Shown here one piece after another: positions 9,591 to 20,191 of a DNA stretch of 64,000 bases. The stretch is from a virus. The DNA lies in the IMG/VR virus record IMGVR_UViG_3300024999_000075, positions 17,255 to 81,254 of that record. One strand, 5' to 3'. The notes beneath the pieces are model-generated. The model was not told the DNA's origin and made no database searches. It saw only the letters and a program-made list of their open reading frames with translations. Made by a program: the position numbers and the translations under genes. The first letter of the stretch is position 1. Each line of letters begins with the position of its first letter.

Positions 9591-10019
9591 ATGTTTGATC
9601 TACACAAGTCCTACTCTTTTTCTAAAGAAAAAGCCAATGATGGTGTTAACATGGTCGTCGGCCCAGATCCCAAGACCGATTACGTCACCCTCCGGCGAAT
9701 CCCCAACGATCTCTACAAGACCAAACTCTCAGCTGTAATGCTGGCCAATCGCCGTACCCTTGAGATCTTGAAGGCCCAGGATGAAGCAGCCCACGCTATC
9801 CGTGATACCGAGATATTTTCGGAAGTGATCGCTGAGACGGTACTTATCGGTTGGGGCAAAGGCTTCGCCGATGAGGGTAAAGTAATTCCCTACTCAGTGG
9901 AAGCAGCCAAAAACTTTTTGATTAAGTATCCCGACTTCAGGTCAGATATCATCGACTTCGCCTCTGATCGCAAGAATTATGCTCCGGAGGTAGATGCCTC
10001 AGAGTTAAAAAAGAGCTGA
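9591..10019 (+). CDS. Tail assembly chaperone (gpG-like)
   Basis: Between tube and tape-measure genes; ends at slippery A-AAA-AAG. Confidence 0.85.
   Translation: MFDLHKSYSFSKEKANDGVNMVVGPDPKTDYVTLRRIPNDLYKTKLSAVMLANRRTLEILKAQDEAAHAIRDTEIFSEVIAETVLIGWGKGFADEGKVIPYSVEAAKNFLIKYPDFRSDIIDFASDRKNYAPEVDASELKKS
10007..10013 (+). other. Programmed -1 frameshift site (A AAA AAG) giving a gpGT-like fusion
   Basis: The -1 frame reads LKKELIAYMEWEQEW, in frame with ORF 10028-10375. Confidence 0.85.
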
Positions 10020-10027
10020 TAGCCTAT

Positions 10028-10375
10028 ATGGAGTGGGAGCAAGAGTGGGGCCATCAATTGCCCACTCTTCTCCAGTACCAGAAAAACACAGGTAAAACTC
10101 CAAGTGGGCTACAAAACATGCCAGTCCTCCCCTTCTACCTAGAAGAGATCCTCAATCACTTCTACACCCTCTCCCGCTCCCGCCAATATTACGCTGAGAT
10201 AGTCCCAACTAAGACTGGACAGGTCTATACAGTCAGACGCCCGAATCCAATTGATGTTTCAGTTATACTAAGCTATAATGCCAATATTGCTAAGGTGCTT
10301 AAAGACTGTGACTTCCTGGATATCATCCAGACCTTAGACCACATGTACATGCAGAACGCCTTCAAGAAGGGATAG
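10028..10375 (+). CDS. Tail assembly chaperone gpT-like part
   Basis: FYTLSRSRQY...IQTLD pattern; lies in the -1 frame of the upstream ORF. Confidence 0.8.
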   Translation: MEWEQEWGHQLPTLLQYQKNTGKTPSGLQNMPVLPFYLEEILNHFYTLSRSRQYYAEIVPTKTGQVYTVRRPNPIDVSVILSYNANIAKVLKDCDFLDIIQTLDHMYMQNAFKKG

Positions 10376-10378
10376 CCG

Positions 10379-13300
10379 ATGACGATAGAGATTGGTGCAA
10401 ATACAACTCAGGCTCAACAGCAGATAGGTCAGCTGGAGAAGGCTATGGCTTTGATGGAGAGGAGAGTTGTAACCCTCTCTCAAGCCAACGTGGAATTGGA
10501 GAAATACACCAAGACACTCGAAGCAACTCAATCCAAACAGAGGGCAGCTACACTCTCCGCAGCTGACGCTCAGGCTAAATATGCAGCTGAGGCAATGAAG
10601 GGAGCTACTGCTGCTGAAAAATTAATTGGGATTGAGACTGCTGGATCAAGGCTTAACACACTTATTGCGAAGCAACTAGAAGAAAGGAATTCCTCACTAG
10701 CTGCACATAACGCATCTGTGTTGAAGGGTATTGATGCTGCTCAGAGGTTGATCGGGGTAGAGACCTCCGGAAGCCTGCTCAATAAACAGATCTACGAGCA
10801 GATGAAACTCCGACTTGGGACTCAGGAGGCGTATAATGCTTCTGCCCTCAAAGGGGCCGCAGCCGCAGAGAGGCTGATCGGGATTGAGACTTCAGGAAGC
10901 CTGCTCAATAAACAGATCTACGAGCAGATGAAACTCCGACTCGGGACTCAGGAGGCGTATAATGCTTCTGCCCTCAAAGGGGCCGCAGCCGCAGAGAGGC
11001 TGATCGGGGTAGAGACTTCAGGAAGCCTGCTCAATAAACAGATCTACGAGCAGATGAAACTCCGACTTGGGACTCAGGAGGCGTATAATGCTTCTGCCCT
11101 CAAAGGGGCCGCAGCCGCAGAGAGGCTGATCGGGATTGAGACTTCAGGGTTGAGGATGAATACGCTGATTGCTCAACAAATGAGAGATAGGTATGCTGAA
11201 CAAGACAAGTTAGAGAAAGGTAAAACAAAACTATCTGCTACTACCTCAAAGTTGGATAATGTAACTAATAGATATTCAGCTACAAGTAAAAATCTCCACG
11301 GAGCACTCAGAGGCACAGCAGGAGCCTTAGACCTCCTGTTCCTATCTTACGGTGCAGTCATACCGTTGGCAACAGCATTTGCAGCAGTGTCAACCTCAAT
11401 ACAGATTCAAAAGCTTGGGTCTTCTTTTGAATACCTTACTCAGTATGCTTACTCCATCTCTGACATGACTGTCAGTGTTCAGGACATGCGGAAAGAATTG
11501 CTAGCTATGAGAGAGCTTGCACAATCACCTGTTGAATTAGCAGAGGGACTGAAAGAATTAACCAAAGCTGGTATGGATGTGACTACTGCTCTCACAGAAT
11601 TGCCAACAGTAGCAAAGTTTGCAGCAATAGCAGAACAAGATCTGGCAGCTTCCACAGAGCAACTCATAACCTTACATTCAGCATTTAAAGAAACCACCAC
11701 TAACGCAACTGGAGGGATGATAACCCTGGCGGATACTGCCGATATAGTTGCTTCCGCTACTCAAGGGTCTGTAGCATCTTTCACTGACTTCCAAACTGCC
11801 TTAAAATACACTACAGCTCTAGCGAGTGTAGCAGACCTCTCATTGCAGGAGGTTTCAGCAGCTGCTATGTTGTTTGCTGACAAAGCTTTGAAGGGTTCCA
11901 TAGGTACAACAGCTATGAGGACTGCCATCACCAAGATGCTAGCCCCGACTGATGCTGTTAAACAACTCATGAAAGATGCAGGCATAGAATTTAACAAGTT
12001 CATATCTGGTGATAAGATCATGAGCTTGGAGAAGATGTTTGAGGAGTTGAATAGAATCAGAGAAACAATGTCCAGAGAGGAGTGGGCGAAGTTCTCGTTT
12101 AAGGCATTTGGTTTGAGGGGTGAGTTGGCTGAGGCAGCATTCACTAATCTCCCTAAGTTCCGAGAAAACCTAGATTTACTTTCAAAGTCTGCTGGGTTTA
12201 CGGCCAAAGCTTTCTCTGATCTGTCAGAGACAACTAAGATGCAGCTGAAATTTTTAGGGGATGAGATCAAGAACGCTTTGATTAAAGCCTTCGATGGAGA
12301 GAAAGCCACAGAAATACTCAAGGGGCTTAGAGTAATTGTATCTTCTCCAGAATTTATTAATGGTGTTGATGGGTTGGCTGTAGCTTTCTATAAGTTGGCT
12401 CAGACTCTTGTAGTGGTAGCTGACGCTGCTACAGAGTCTATAGGTACTATAGTAGATTATACCAAAGGTTTAGCCATAGCCTTTGCCTCAGAGGACAAGA
12501 CTTTCACTCAGTGGCTGACATCTAAGAGAGAGGGGATGAAGACTTGGATAGCTGAGTCTGAGTCTGGGTTGTCACAATATAAAGACCAATTGAAGATAGT
12601 TTCTGATGAAATAGCTCAGATCTCTAAGATCAGAGACCTAGAGATGGGGGATGGGGGTTGGACTGAATCCGCTGAAAAACAATTTCAAGCGCTGTTGAAA
12701 CAAAAACAAGGTATTGAAGGTAGTATAGAGGCGCTCAAGAACAAATCACAAGTTACCGTAAACGATACCGCTAAAACAGGAGAACTGACTACTGCCACTG
12801 CCATTGCTACTAAGGCCACTAATGATCATGCTGCCTCTGTGGATAAGTTGAGCGAGAAAGAAGAGAAGAAAATTAAAGTAGCTGAAGCCAGCCACCAAAA
12901 GCTCATCAGTTTGACCGAAGAGATGAATACTTTCATTGACAACTCAGGAGTCAAGACAACTGCCAATCAGCTGGAGAGAATAGAGAAAGAGCACAATGCC
13001 AGAGAAGCATCCATAAAAGCAGCAGTAGGGTCAGAGACAGAGAAGGCTGAAGCCCGTTTAGCTAATGATAAATCCTATGAGATAAAGCGACAAGGTGTTA
13101 TTGAAGAATCAGAAAAGACTATTCTCGCTAAGGAAGAGTCTTTCTTAGATCAGTTGGTTGAGTCGGGAAATTCAGCCTATGACAGAAAGCTAGCTAAATT
13201 AGAAAGTGCCTACGCTAAAGAGGAGGCGTGGATAGATAAGAATGTTGATGACTCTTTAAAGGCTGAGGAGTTGAAGTGGTTGAATTTTGAAGCATACGCA

Positions 13301-15628
13301 AAGAAAAAAATTGACCTCCAGACGGAGAGTAACGCCAAAGCCGTTTCCCTTGAGTCAGAGCTTCAAACTTATTTAGCTGTAGCTAACAATGATGTTCTCG
13401 CTAATAAACTCGCTGATCTGGATAAAGAATACAACAAACATAAGGCAGTAGTAGAAGCCATCATCGTTACTGAAGAGTTTTCTGCTGAGAGGAAGAAGCA
13501 GTTATCATCTGATGTTGCTGATTGGTACGCCAAAGAGCAGGAGCGAATCCAGAGGGACGCCTGGAAAACAGAGAAAGAGCAACTCTTGGCTCAAGAGACT
13601 ATGGCTGCTGGTTTTAAGGCTAGCCTGCTAGAGATGAAGAATGATGTTACTTCACTGGGTGATTTATCCTATAGCACTATGATAGGTGTAAGGGATACAT
13701 TCAGATCTGAAGTCGGAGATTTTCTCATCTCACAGTTTGGTGGAATTGAGGGAGCATGGGGATCTCTGTGGGATAACATGCTTGCTAAGTTTGGAGCAGT
13801 GCTGGCTGACATGGTAGCTCAGTGGGCGGCTAACGCTGTGTTCAACATGGTGTTCACCAGCAGTGGAGCAGCTGCCGGACAATCAAGTACAGGTGTTGCA
13901 GCTGGTACAGCTACTTCAGCTATTATAGATGCCTATGCTGAAAGTGATGCCACTTGGTTTAGTGATGCTTGGGACGCTGTTGAAACTTGGTGGGGTAGTG
14001 CCGATGGTGGGTATATAGCTGCTAATCCTAGAGGTGGTAGAATAAATGCTGGTACTGGGTTAAGCGATGATGTATTTCTGGGCTTCACAAATGGTGGGAA
14101 GACAGCTAATTACGGAATGGGTGGTGAATATATTATTAACAAAAAAGCCACTGCCAAGAATCTCCCTCTGCTGGAGGCTATCAACTCTGAGGGGTATGCC
14201 ACTGGTGGATTATATGACTCAGGTGTAACCGGTACTATGATTGGCCCAAAACCAGGAGGAGGGGGAGCGAAAAGTAGAGTATTTGAGAAGTTCAACGAGC
14301 TTGCTATCGCTATGCAGGGTGCTGGAATGTCTGCTGAAGATGTCAAGGATAAATTTAAAGATATGGCAGAGGCAACTAAAGATGCTGATTCTGTTATAGA
14401 AAAGAATAACAATGGCCTGAGAGACAACAGTACAACAACGCAGGCTGCTACTACTGCCACGAGTGAGCTGTCTAAAGCGCAAGATGTTGCTACCACAGCC
14501 TCTGTTGCTCAAAAGGAATCATCAATTTCTCTTGGTAGTGTTTTGTCAGGTGTAGCAACTCATGCCACTATGACTGCTGTAAAAATGGGGTCTGTTGCTT
14601 TAGCTTCAACTGTGTTAGGTCCGGTATTAGGTTCTTTAGCAGTTAAGTTGGGGACAACTACAACAGCCTATGAAGAATTTCAAGCAGTTGTTGAGGGATT
14701 TTTTGATAATACTTTTGGCGTAGATGCCGGGGTTGTATCGTCAGCTATAAGTACTGCCGCCGAAGATGCCTTCGGAGATATAGCCTCTATGTTTGGAGAT
14801 GCGACAGCAGGATTTGGTGAAGCAGCTGAAGGTTTAAGTGATTCTGCGTCAGCATTAAGTAATGCTGCCGAAGGTGCTCTTAGTAGTGCCTTAGATTCTT
14901 CTTCAGCACTAAGTAACGCAGCTGCTGGGGCTTTTGGAGAGACTAGCTTTGGGGCGCAGATGACTCAAGCGTCAGCAGAATCTCTAATGAGTTCAGCGTC
15001 AGCGTTGTCTTCATCTGCTTCATCCTTAGGGGGGGCGGCTGCGAGTATAGGTAGCTGGTCTCCTGGTATGAATCCCACCAATAACGCAGGTGGTGCTTTA
15101 GGCGATCCCGATATAGATAGTAGAGATAGAACTGATGACACTACTCCTGGAGGTCTTTTAGGCGGGGGCGGTGGGGGCGGGTCTAGTTCATCGTCTTCCG
15201 GAGGGGACAGTTTTAGTGCTCCTGACCCAGATAAAGGTAATGATCAATGGGCAAGCGGCGGCTGGCTTGCTTATGCTACTGGTGGCTGGCTTGGTAAACA
15301 CCCCAATGGAGGTTGGATTAACGGAGGATCTGGGAGAAGAGATGATGTCTTCCTTGGTTATACCAATGGTGGCTCCACAGCTAACTTCGGTATGGGTGGA
15401 GAGTTTGTCGTCAACCAGAGATCCTCAGCCAAATATGCTAAAGAGTTGGAGGGTATAAATAATAACACCATGAACACAGTAAATCAGCAAAAACAACCAC
15501 CAAATTTGACTATACCAGTGTATATTGGTAGTGAGTTGCTTACAACGCTGATCGTTGGAGTTGTTGATGATCAGTTCTCTGTACGGCAGCGCAACCCACA
15601 GGTAAAAGGAAGGTTGTACGCAAAATGA
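10379..15628 (+). CDS. Tape measure protein
   Basis: 1749 aa, Ala-rich helical; TP901-type core (SPVELAEGLKELTKAG, LKGSIGTTAMR); follows the chaperones. Confidence 0.92.
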   Translation: MTIEIGANTTQAQQQIGQLEKAMALMERRVVTLSQANVELEKYTKTLEATQSKQRAATLSAADAQAKYAAEAMKGATAAEKLIGIETAGSRLNTLIAKQLEERNSSLAAHNASVLKGIDAAQRLIGVETSGSLLNKQIYEQMKLRLGTQEAYNASALKGAAAAERLIGIETSGSLLNKQIYEQMKLRLGTQEAYNASALKGAAAAERLIGVETSGSLLNKQIYEQMKLRLGTQEAYNASALKGAAAAERLIGIETSGLRMNTLIAQQMRDRYAEQDKLEKGKTKLSATTSKLDNVTNRYSATSKNLHGALRGTAGALDLLFLSYGAVIPLATAFAAVSTSIQIQKLGSSFEYLTQYAYSISDMTVSVQDMRKELLAMRELAQSPVELAEGLKELTKAGMDVTTALTELPTVAKFAAIAEQDLAASTEQLITLHSAFKETTTNATGGMITLADTADIVASATQGSVASFTDFQTALKYTTALASVADLSLQEVSAAAMLFADKALKGSIGTTAMRTAITKMLAPTDAVKQLMKDAGIEFNKFISGDKIMSLEKMFEELNRIRETMSREEWAKFSFKAFGLRGELAEAAFTNLPKFRENLDLLSKSAGFTAKAFSDLSETTKMQLKFLGDEIKNALIKAFDGEKATEILKGLRVIVSSPEFINGVDGLAVAFYKLAQTLVVVADAATESIGTIVDYTKGLAIAFASEDKTFTQWLTSKREGMKTWIAESESGLSQYKDQLKIVSDEIAQISKIRDLEMGDGGWTESAEKQFQALLKQKQGIEGSIEALKNKSQVTVNDTAKTGELTTATAIATKATNDHAASVDKLSEKEEKKIKVAEASHQKLISLTEEMNTFIDNSGVKTTANQLERIEKEHNAREASIKAAVGSETEKAEARLANDKSYEIKRQGVIEESEKTILAKEESFLDQLVESGNSAYDRKLAKLESAYAKEEAWIDKNVDDSLKAEELKWLNFEAYAKKKIDLQTESNAKAVSLESELQTYLAVANNDVLANKLADLDKEYNKHKAVVEAIIVTEEFSAERKKQLSSDVADWYAKEQERIQRDAWKTEKEQLLAQETMAAGFKASLLEMKNDVTSLGDLSYSTMIGVRDTFRSEVGDFLISQFGGIEGAWGSLWDNMLAKFGAVLADMVAQWAANAVFNMVFTSSGAAAGQSSTGVAAGTATSAIIDAYAESDATWFSDAWDAVETWWGSADGGYIAANPRGGRINAGTGLSDDVFLGFTNGGKTANYGMGGEYIINKKATAKNLPLLEAINSEGYATGGLYDSGVTGTMIGPKPGGGGAKSRVFEKFNELAIAMQGAGMSAEDVKDKFKDMAEATKDADSVIEKNNNGLRDNSTTTQAATTATSELSKAQDVATTASVAQKESSISLGSVLSGVATHATMTAVKMGSVALASTVLGPVLGSLAVKLGTTTTAYEEFQAVVEGFFDNTFGVDAGVVSSAISTAAEDAFGDIASMFGDATAGFGEAAEGLSDSASALSNAAEGALSSALDSSSALSNAAAGAFGETSFGAQMTQASAESLMSSASALSSSASSLGGAAASIGSWSPGMNPTNNAGGALGDPDIDSRDRTDDTTPGGLLGGGGGGGSSSSSSGGDSFSAPDPDKGNDQWASGGWLAYATGGWLGKHPNGGWINGGSGRRDDVFLGYTNGGSTANFGMGGEFVVNQRSSAKYAKELEGINNNTMNTVNQQKQPPNLTIPVYIGSELLTTLIVGVVDDQFSVRQRNPQVKGRLYAK
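10743..11148 (+). repeat. 126-bp (42-aa) tandem repeat, about 3.2 near-identical copies within TMP
   Basis: gatgaaactc recurs at 10801, 10927 and 11053. Confidence 0.95.
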
Positions 15629-16593
15629 TACTTGTAGAGTTCACACCTAACGGAGGGACCCTTCAGAGGATTAGTAATGAAGACATCGCGCTGGAATACC
15701 AATGGTTTGGATACATCACCAGTATGAGTACGATGAAGTTGTCATTGCCTACTCGTCATGGAGGGTTTGCCCGCCCTGAGTTTGCTAGTATTGCTATATC
15801 TCCAGAACTCATGCAGGAATTAGGAGCATATTCAGAAACAGCTGATGTGTGCTTAATAGAAACCGATACTGATGAGAATGGAGGGATTGTACTTTTTACT
15901 GGTACAGCTAGACTTGATACTTATAATAGGTATAGTTTTGTTTACAATCTCAAGCAGTCTGAGATGCCAGAAACTATAGCAGCATCAACTGCTTATAATA
16001 ACACATTGGTTAATGTTGTATCTTCATTATGCACTACTTTAGGTTTGACACTTGATTCAACAGCAGCCAGGTCCCTATCCCCAGCAGTACTACACACTAC
16101 TACATCTAATCAGTTAGCAATTGATTTATTGTCCGATATGTGTTCTTTCTTCTCTCATGGAGTTAAGATAATAGGAACCACCTTATATCTTTATGATATG
16201 TTGGGAACACAGACAGCCACAAACCTTGATGAATTTGATGTTCAACCTTGTGAATATCTCAAGGATACTCCTTACTCCTTGTTTAAAGCAACGGATACAC
16301 AGACTCTAGTGGGGACCGTTGGAAATGGCGGGGAGTACAGCGTTACTCCATATCATACAACAGGGACCAATATTCAAACAGCTCTCGCTGATATAAAATC
16401 CATCATGGAGAAGGATATAGCTAATATTCGCTTCAAGTCAAATCAAAATAAACCTAGTATCCTTGATCAAATTACTCTTCTTGATGAATCATTAGTTTTA
16501 CCAGTTATCACTACAGGAATAATTACTTCAATAATATATGACTATGATACCTTGTCTGTTGACGCTGAAGTATCAGGGAGTGTAACAGTATGA
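15625..16593 (+). CDS. Tail tip / baseplate hub protein (putative)
   Basis: Synteny after TMP; ATGA overlap. Confidence 0.55.
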   Translation: MILVEFTPNGGTLQRISNEDIALEYQWFGYITSMSTMKLSLPTRHGGFARPEFASIAISPELMQELGAYSETADVCLIETDTDENGGIVLFTGTARLDTYNRYSFVYNLKQSEMPETIAASTAYNNTLVNVVSSLCTTLGLTLDSTAARSLSPAVLHTTTSNQLAIDLLSDMCSFFSHGVKIIGTTLYLYDMLGTQTATNLDEFDVQPCEYLKDTPYSLFKATDTQTLVGTVGNGGEYSVTPYHTTGTNIQTALADIKSIMEKDIANIRFKSNQNKPSILDQITLLDESLVLPVITTGIITSIIYDYDTLSVDAEVSGSVTV

Positions 16594-17360
16594 GACATAT
16601 TTCCCAAAACAAAATCACCGTTATAGCTGCCGACTCAGTTGATGTAAATTTTCCAGCCTCTCGTATGCTTGATGAACACCCAAAGCGTAAGTATAAGGCA
16701 GCTACCGGAGTCAGCGCAGCCATTCTCACAGCTGAAGTCGTTGGCGGGTGTTCCGATATCATAGTTGCTGGGACAAACGCTGGTAACGCAACTATAAGTG
16801 TAGCTGACCCAAATGCAGTGGAGTGGGGGTATGGGTCGGAATGGGGGTATGGATCAGAATGGGCAAACATCGAAATAAATGTTACAGCGTCTGTTATACA
16901 GAGGAGTAAATCACAATCCCTCTGGTTACAGCTATCAAGTACTGTTTTAGTCCCCTGCATTATAAGAATGGAGATATTTGGGCCTGGAGGTGTAGCGGTG
17001 GAGGCTGGTGTAGTTAGTGCTAACATCGTTAATACTTATGGAGACAAAAATCCAAACTATGGTATGGGGGAAAGTCGCTTAGATTATTCAGTAAAAGCTG
17101 AAAATTCAAATGGTTCAATGTACTACAAAAAACGCGATATTGTCAGATCCTATGATATATTGGTGCAAACAACGAGGGAAGAAGCAATTAATTTGGAAAA
17201 TTCATTTGATAACTTAGGGGAAATACCCAGTGGCTGGAAACTTACAGATCTACAAGGTAATGATTTTGTGGTCTATGGTAAATTTGATGGCCCTCCACAG
17301 ATATCACATAGTTACCCACAACATTCAGACGTAAACTTTAGAATAATTGAGGTGCTTTAA
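16590..17360 (+). CDS. Distal tail / tail tip protein (putative)
   Basis: Synteny; C-terminal FRIIEVL typical of Dit-like proteins; short EWGYGS repeat. Confidence 0.5.
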   Translation: MRHISQNKITVIAADSVDVNFPASRMLDEHPKRKYKAATGVSAAILTAEVVGGCSDIIVAGTNAGNATISVADPNAVEWGYGSEWGYGSEWANIEINVTASVIQRSKSQSLWLQLSSTVLVPCIIRMEIFGPGGVAVEAGVVSANIVNTYGDKNPNYGMGESRLDYSVKAENSNGSMYYKKRDIVRSYDILVQTTREEAINLENSFDNLGEIPSGWKLTDLQGNDFVVYGKFDGPPQISHSYPQHSDVNFRIIEVL

Positions 17361-18280
17361 TGGCAGTGCGGAAAATATTTACTACTACAAAGAGGACCGG
17401 GGCGGGAACAGACAGTGGGGCGGCAGACTCTGTTTCTGCTATGACCGCTATCAGCAAGGACGTTGCGACCGATGGTGCTATGTGTCTGATCATGGAGGAT
17501 GATGGAAGTGGGTTTTATGGATATCTTTACGATGCAGCTGGGACAGACGCAACTAGCGCCCCTGACACTTATAGGCCAAATGATTACACGGTCGCTGGTA
17601 ACTGGAAGCTGCAGCAGTCACCATTTGGTGAGTTTTTCCCGATAGTCACATCAACTGTGCCAATAAAAGGAGATATCCGGGGTGGAGATGTAACTGTGTC
17701 TGGACAGACACTAACTATTGCACCATGTTCATGCAAAGATTCTACTGGAGCAACTCGTCTTTATACTGGGACGAATAAAACCGTAGTGTTGGCAGGGACA
17801 GCAAATCAGATATTCCATGTTTTTATGGTGCGACTTGTGGCAGATGGATCGGTAGAATTTAGGGCTTATACCACCGAGGGGGCAGTCGAGAGTGATGCTG
17901 AGGTGGATGCCTGGCGTTGGAGAACATTTGCTATTAACAATGGCAGTGGGGTGACGTTTGCGCATGTAGTAAAAGGTATGCTTCTAACATTCACAGGAAC
18001 CTGTCCAACAGTAACATCTACAATGAATACAGCTACATCTGTTGCGGCTTCAATGCCACCTACAAGGGTAGAATCAGCGTTTTTCTATTTTTCGTCTGCT
18101 TCAGCTACAGCGGTTGGTATTAGAAAATATGATGCGTCAGCAGTTCAATTTTCTAATTTATGTGGTGCATCTTACAATCCATCAATAGGTGAGGTATTGG
18201 TACCAGATTCGGGGTTGTTGGTGTTTTATGCTAATAACACAGCAACTGTTTTGTGTTATGCTATAAGGCTCAGGGGGTAG
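17360..18280 (+). CDS. Tail fibre / receptor-binding protein (putative)
   Basis: Thr/Gly/Ala-rich beta protein at the end of the tail module, followed by a chaperone-like gene. Confidence 0.55.
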   Translation: MAVRKIFTTTKRTGAGTDSGAADSVSAMTAISKDVATDGAMCLIMEDDGSGFYGYLYDAAGTDATSAPDTYRPNDYTVAGNWKLQQSPFGEFFPIVTSTVPIKGDIRGGDVTVSGQTLTIAPCSCKDSTGATRLYTGTNKTVVLAGTANQIFHVFMVRLVADGSVEFRAYTTEGAVESDAEVDAWRWRTFAINNGSGVTFAHVVKGMLLTFTGTCPTVTSTMNTATSVAASMPPTRVESAFFYFSSASATAVGIRKYDASAVQFSNLCGASYNPSIGEVLVPDSGLLVFYANNTATVLCYAIRLRG

Positions 18281-18282
18281 AC

Positions 18283-18732
18283 ATGGATAAATGGTTGTGT
18301 ATTTTTGATGCCGCAACAAACAGAGGTAAGCGGTGCAATGCTTTGAATGGGTTACAAGATGGCGAGTTTTCTTTTAATATCCATCCGTCTCAATGCAGTT
18401 GGTTTAATGTCTATCCTAATCGGTATATGTGGGATGGATCAAAAATAGTCGAGTGGCCTGGGTGGGAAGCAGAGGAAGCTACGTCCAGAGTTACAGAGAG
18501 GAGGTTAACAATATCATGTGGCCCCCTGCAAATTCGTAAAGCCTTACGAGCTGCTGGGCTACATCAACAGGTTGTTGATTATATTTCAGCTTCTGATGAT
18601 GAAGTCAAGGAGGGGTGGGAGTACGCCAGTGAATTTAAGAGATTAGATCCTTGGGTACTAGCAGTTCAAGTGGCTTTAGGGAAAACTGACGAAGAAGTTG
18701 ATGCTATTTTTGAGCTTGCCCTAACGTTTTGA
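18283..18732 (+). CDS. Tail fibre assembly/chaperone protein (putative)
   Basis: C-terminal QIRKAL...WEYASEFKRLDP...LGKTDEEVDAIF pattern common downstream of fibres. Confidence 0.6.
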   Translation: MDKWLCIFDAATNRGKRCNALNGLQDGEFSFNIHPSQCSWFNVYPNRYMWDGSKIVEWPGWEAEEATSRVTERRLTISCGPLQIRKALRAAGLHQQVVDYISASDDEVKEGWEYASEFKRLDPWVLAVQVALGKTDEEVDAIFELALTF

Positions 18733-18752
18733 GGTAAGTACGAATAATAATG

Positions 18753-18781
18753 TTGATATTGTTTCATAACTAAGCTACATT
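18753..18781 (+). promoter_or_regulatory. sigma70-like promoter for lysis-region genes
   Basis: TTGATA-17-TACATT; palindrome AGGCTGG-AGT-CCAGCCT at 18830-18846 downstream. Confidence 0.45.
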
Positions 18782-18881
18782 TTACTATTGTATGACTTAC
18801 AGGGATTAGTTCATGTTTGACATAACTGTAGGCTGGAGTCCAGCCTCGGTAATTTAACAAAATTAAATGATGGAGATCTAA

Positions 18882-19433
18882 ATGAAACACTTACTGGTTA
18901 TTTTATCTTTACTGCTGCTATCAAGTTGCGCTACCCACACCGCAACTAACGAACTTATTGCTAAGGCAAACACAAATAGGTTGAAGGAGTTTGCGTCAGG
19001 TGTAGCAGCCTGTAACGATAACGCTGCCTGCCAAGTTGCAGTCTCTATGGCCTTTGCTGGAAACATGGGGCAGCAGCCATACTTCCGAGAGGACTCCCCA
19101 CTTGACTATGTGAAAGCATCTGGTTTCATTCTTGGGCCTGCGGTTGATATTTTAAGATTGTATAAAACTACGACAAGTGGGGATGCTGCCGGTGTTGTCA
19201 TTGCTGGTGACAATAACCAAATTGTGGGTATGAATAAGCTGACTGCCGACAACCAGAGTACTCTTACTGGAACATTTGACACTACTTCTAGTATTGAACA
19301 CCTTGTATATACTCAAGACTCTACACAGTCTTCCTCAAACGGTAATGGATTAGTAGAAAATGTTGAGAACCAACAGGATACATACTCAGGCGATTCAGCC
19401 TTAGCAGGAAATAAGGAGGTGCCAGTTGAATAA
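18882..19433 (+). CDS. Lipoprotein (possible spanin-like or exclusion lipoprotein)
   Basis: MKHLLVILSLLLLSSC: type II signal peptide with lipobox LSSC. Confidence 0.7.
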   Translation: MKHLLVILSLLLLSSCATHTATNELIAKANTNRLKEFASGVAACNDNAACQVAVSMAFAGNMGQQPYFREDSPLDYVKASGFILGPAVDILRLYKTTTSGDAAGVVIAGDNNQIVGMNKLTADNQSTLTGTFDTTSSIEHLVYTQDSTQSSSNGNGLVENVENQQDTYSGDSALAGNKEVPVE

Positions 19434-19737
19434 TACAATCATAAGTTGGGTGATAAAGTTCCTAGCCAAAATGCTTAATGGGAAGAAGGCTTACATAGGT
19501 GCTGGTGGTGAGATGCTCACTGGTGTAAGTTCCATTATAGTTGGGATCACTGGTATTATTGGTTATGCTTATCCTGACCTCAAACTGCCAGCTATTGAGA
19601 TTGAGTATTCCTTGGCAGCTATAACAGCTGGAGCAGGTATGATAACTGATGGATTCAAGGGTATAGGGTTACGCCATGGAATTGAAAAAATCACTGCTGA
19701 AAACAGGGCTGAAGATAACCTTCCGCCTGCCAATTAA
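19426..19737 (+). CDS. Holin-like membrane protein
   Basis: LNGKKAYIG start, two hydrophobic segments, GLRHGIEK C-terminus. Confidence 0.55.
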   Translation: MNNTIISWVIKFLAKMLNGKKAYIGAGGEMLTGVSSIIVGITGIIGYAYPDLKLPAIEIEYSLAAITAGAGMITDGFKGIGLRHGIEKITAENRAEDNLPPAN

Positions 19738-19843
19738 CTGGGAAGAGGGGCTATGGGCTAGGATCAAGTCACTCTTTGAAGTCAAAACTTTTAAGAAGTA
19801 ATGACAGTCCAGCCATGTTATACTCTAGGCTATCAATTAACTT

Positions 19844-20191
19844 ATGAGGCCAGAATACATGTTTGACAAAATACCTGGACTTGAAAATGTTGAAGCTGTC
19901 TTCGGACTTCTCGCTGCCAGTGGTGGAATAGCTAGGATCGTTACTGGAACAAGTAACGATCCTAGAGTTTCTTGGTGGGGAGAGTTAGGTAGGGTTGTCT
20001 TTGTTGCCATGCCCATTGGTGTGATAGCTGGCCACTGGGTTACTTCCATCTCAGAGTCTGAGATCCTTCCCTACGCCGCCAGCTTCACTGCTGGCGTTAT
20101 TAGCCTGAATATCGTTCGTTTCCTGTTATCCGCCGAAGGCTTCAGCATGATTAGAACCTTTATTGGGGGCGGTAAGAATGGAAAATCGTAA
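19844..20191 (+). CDS. Holin-like membrane protein (about 3 TM)
   Basis: Three hydrophobic segments; AASGGIAR motif; basic C-terminus. Confidence 0.6.
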   Translation: MRPEYMFDKIPGLENVEAVFGLLAASGGIARIVTGTSNDPRVSWWGELGRVVFVAMPIGVIAGHWVTSISESEILPYAASFTAGVISLNIVRFLLSAEGFSMIRTFIGGGKNGKS

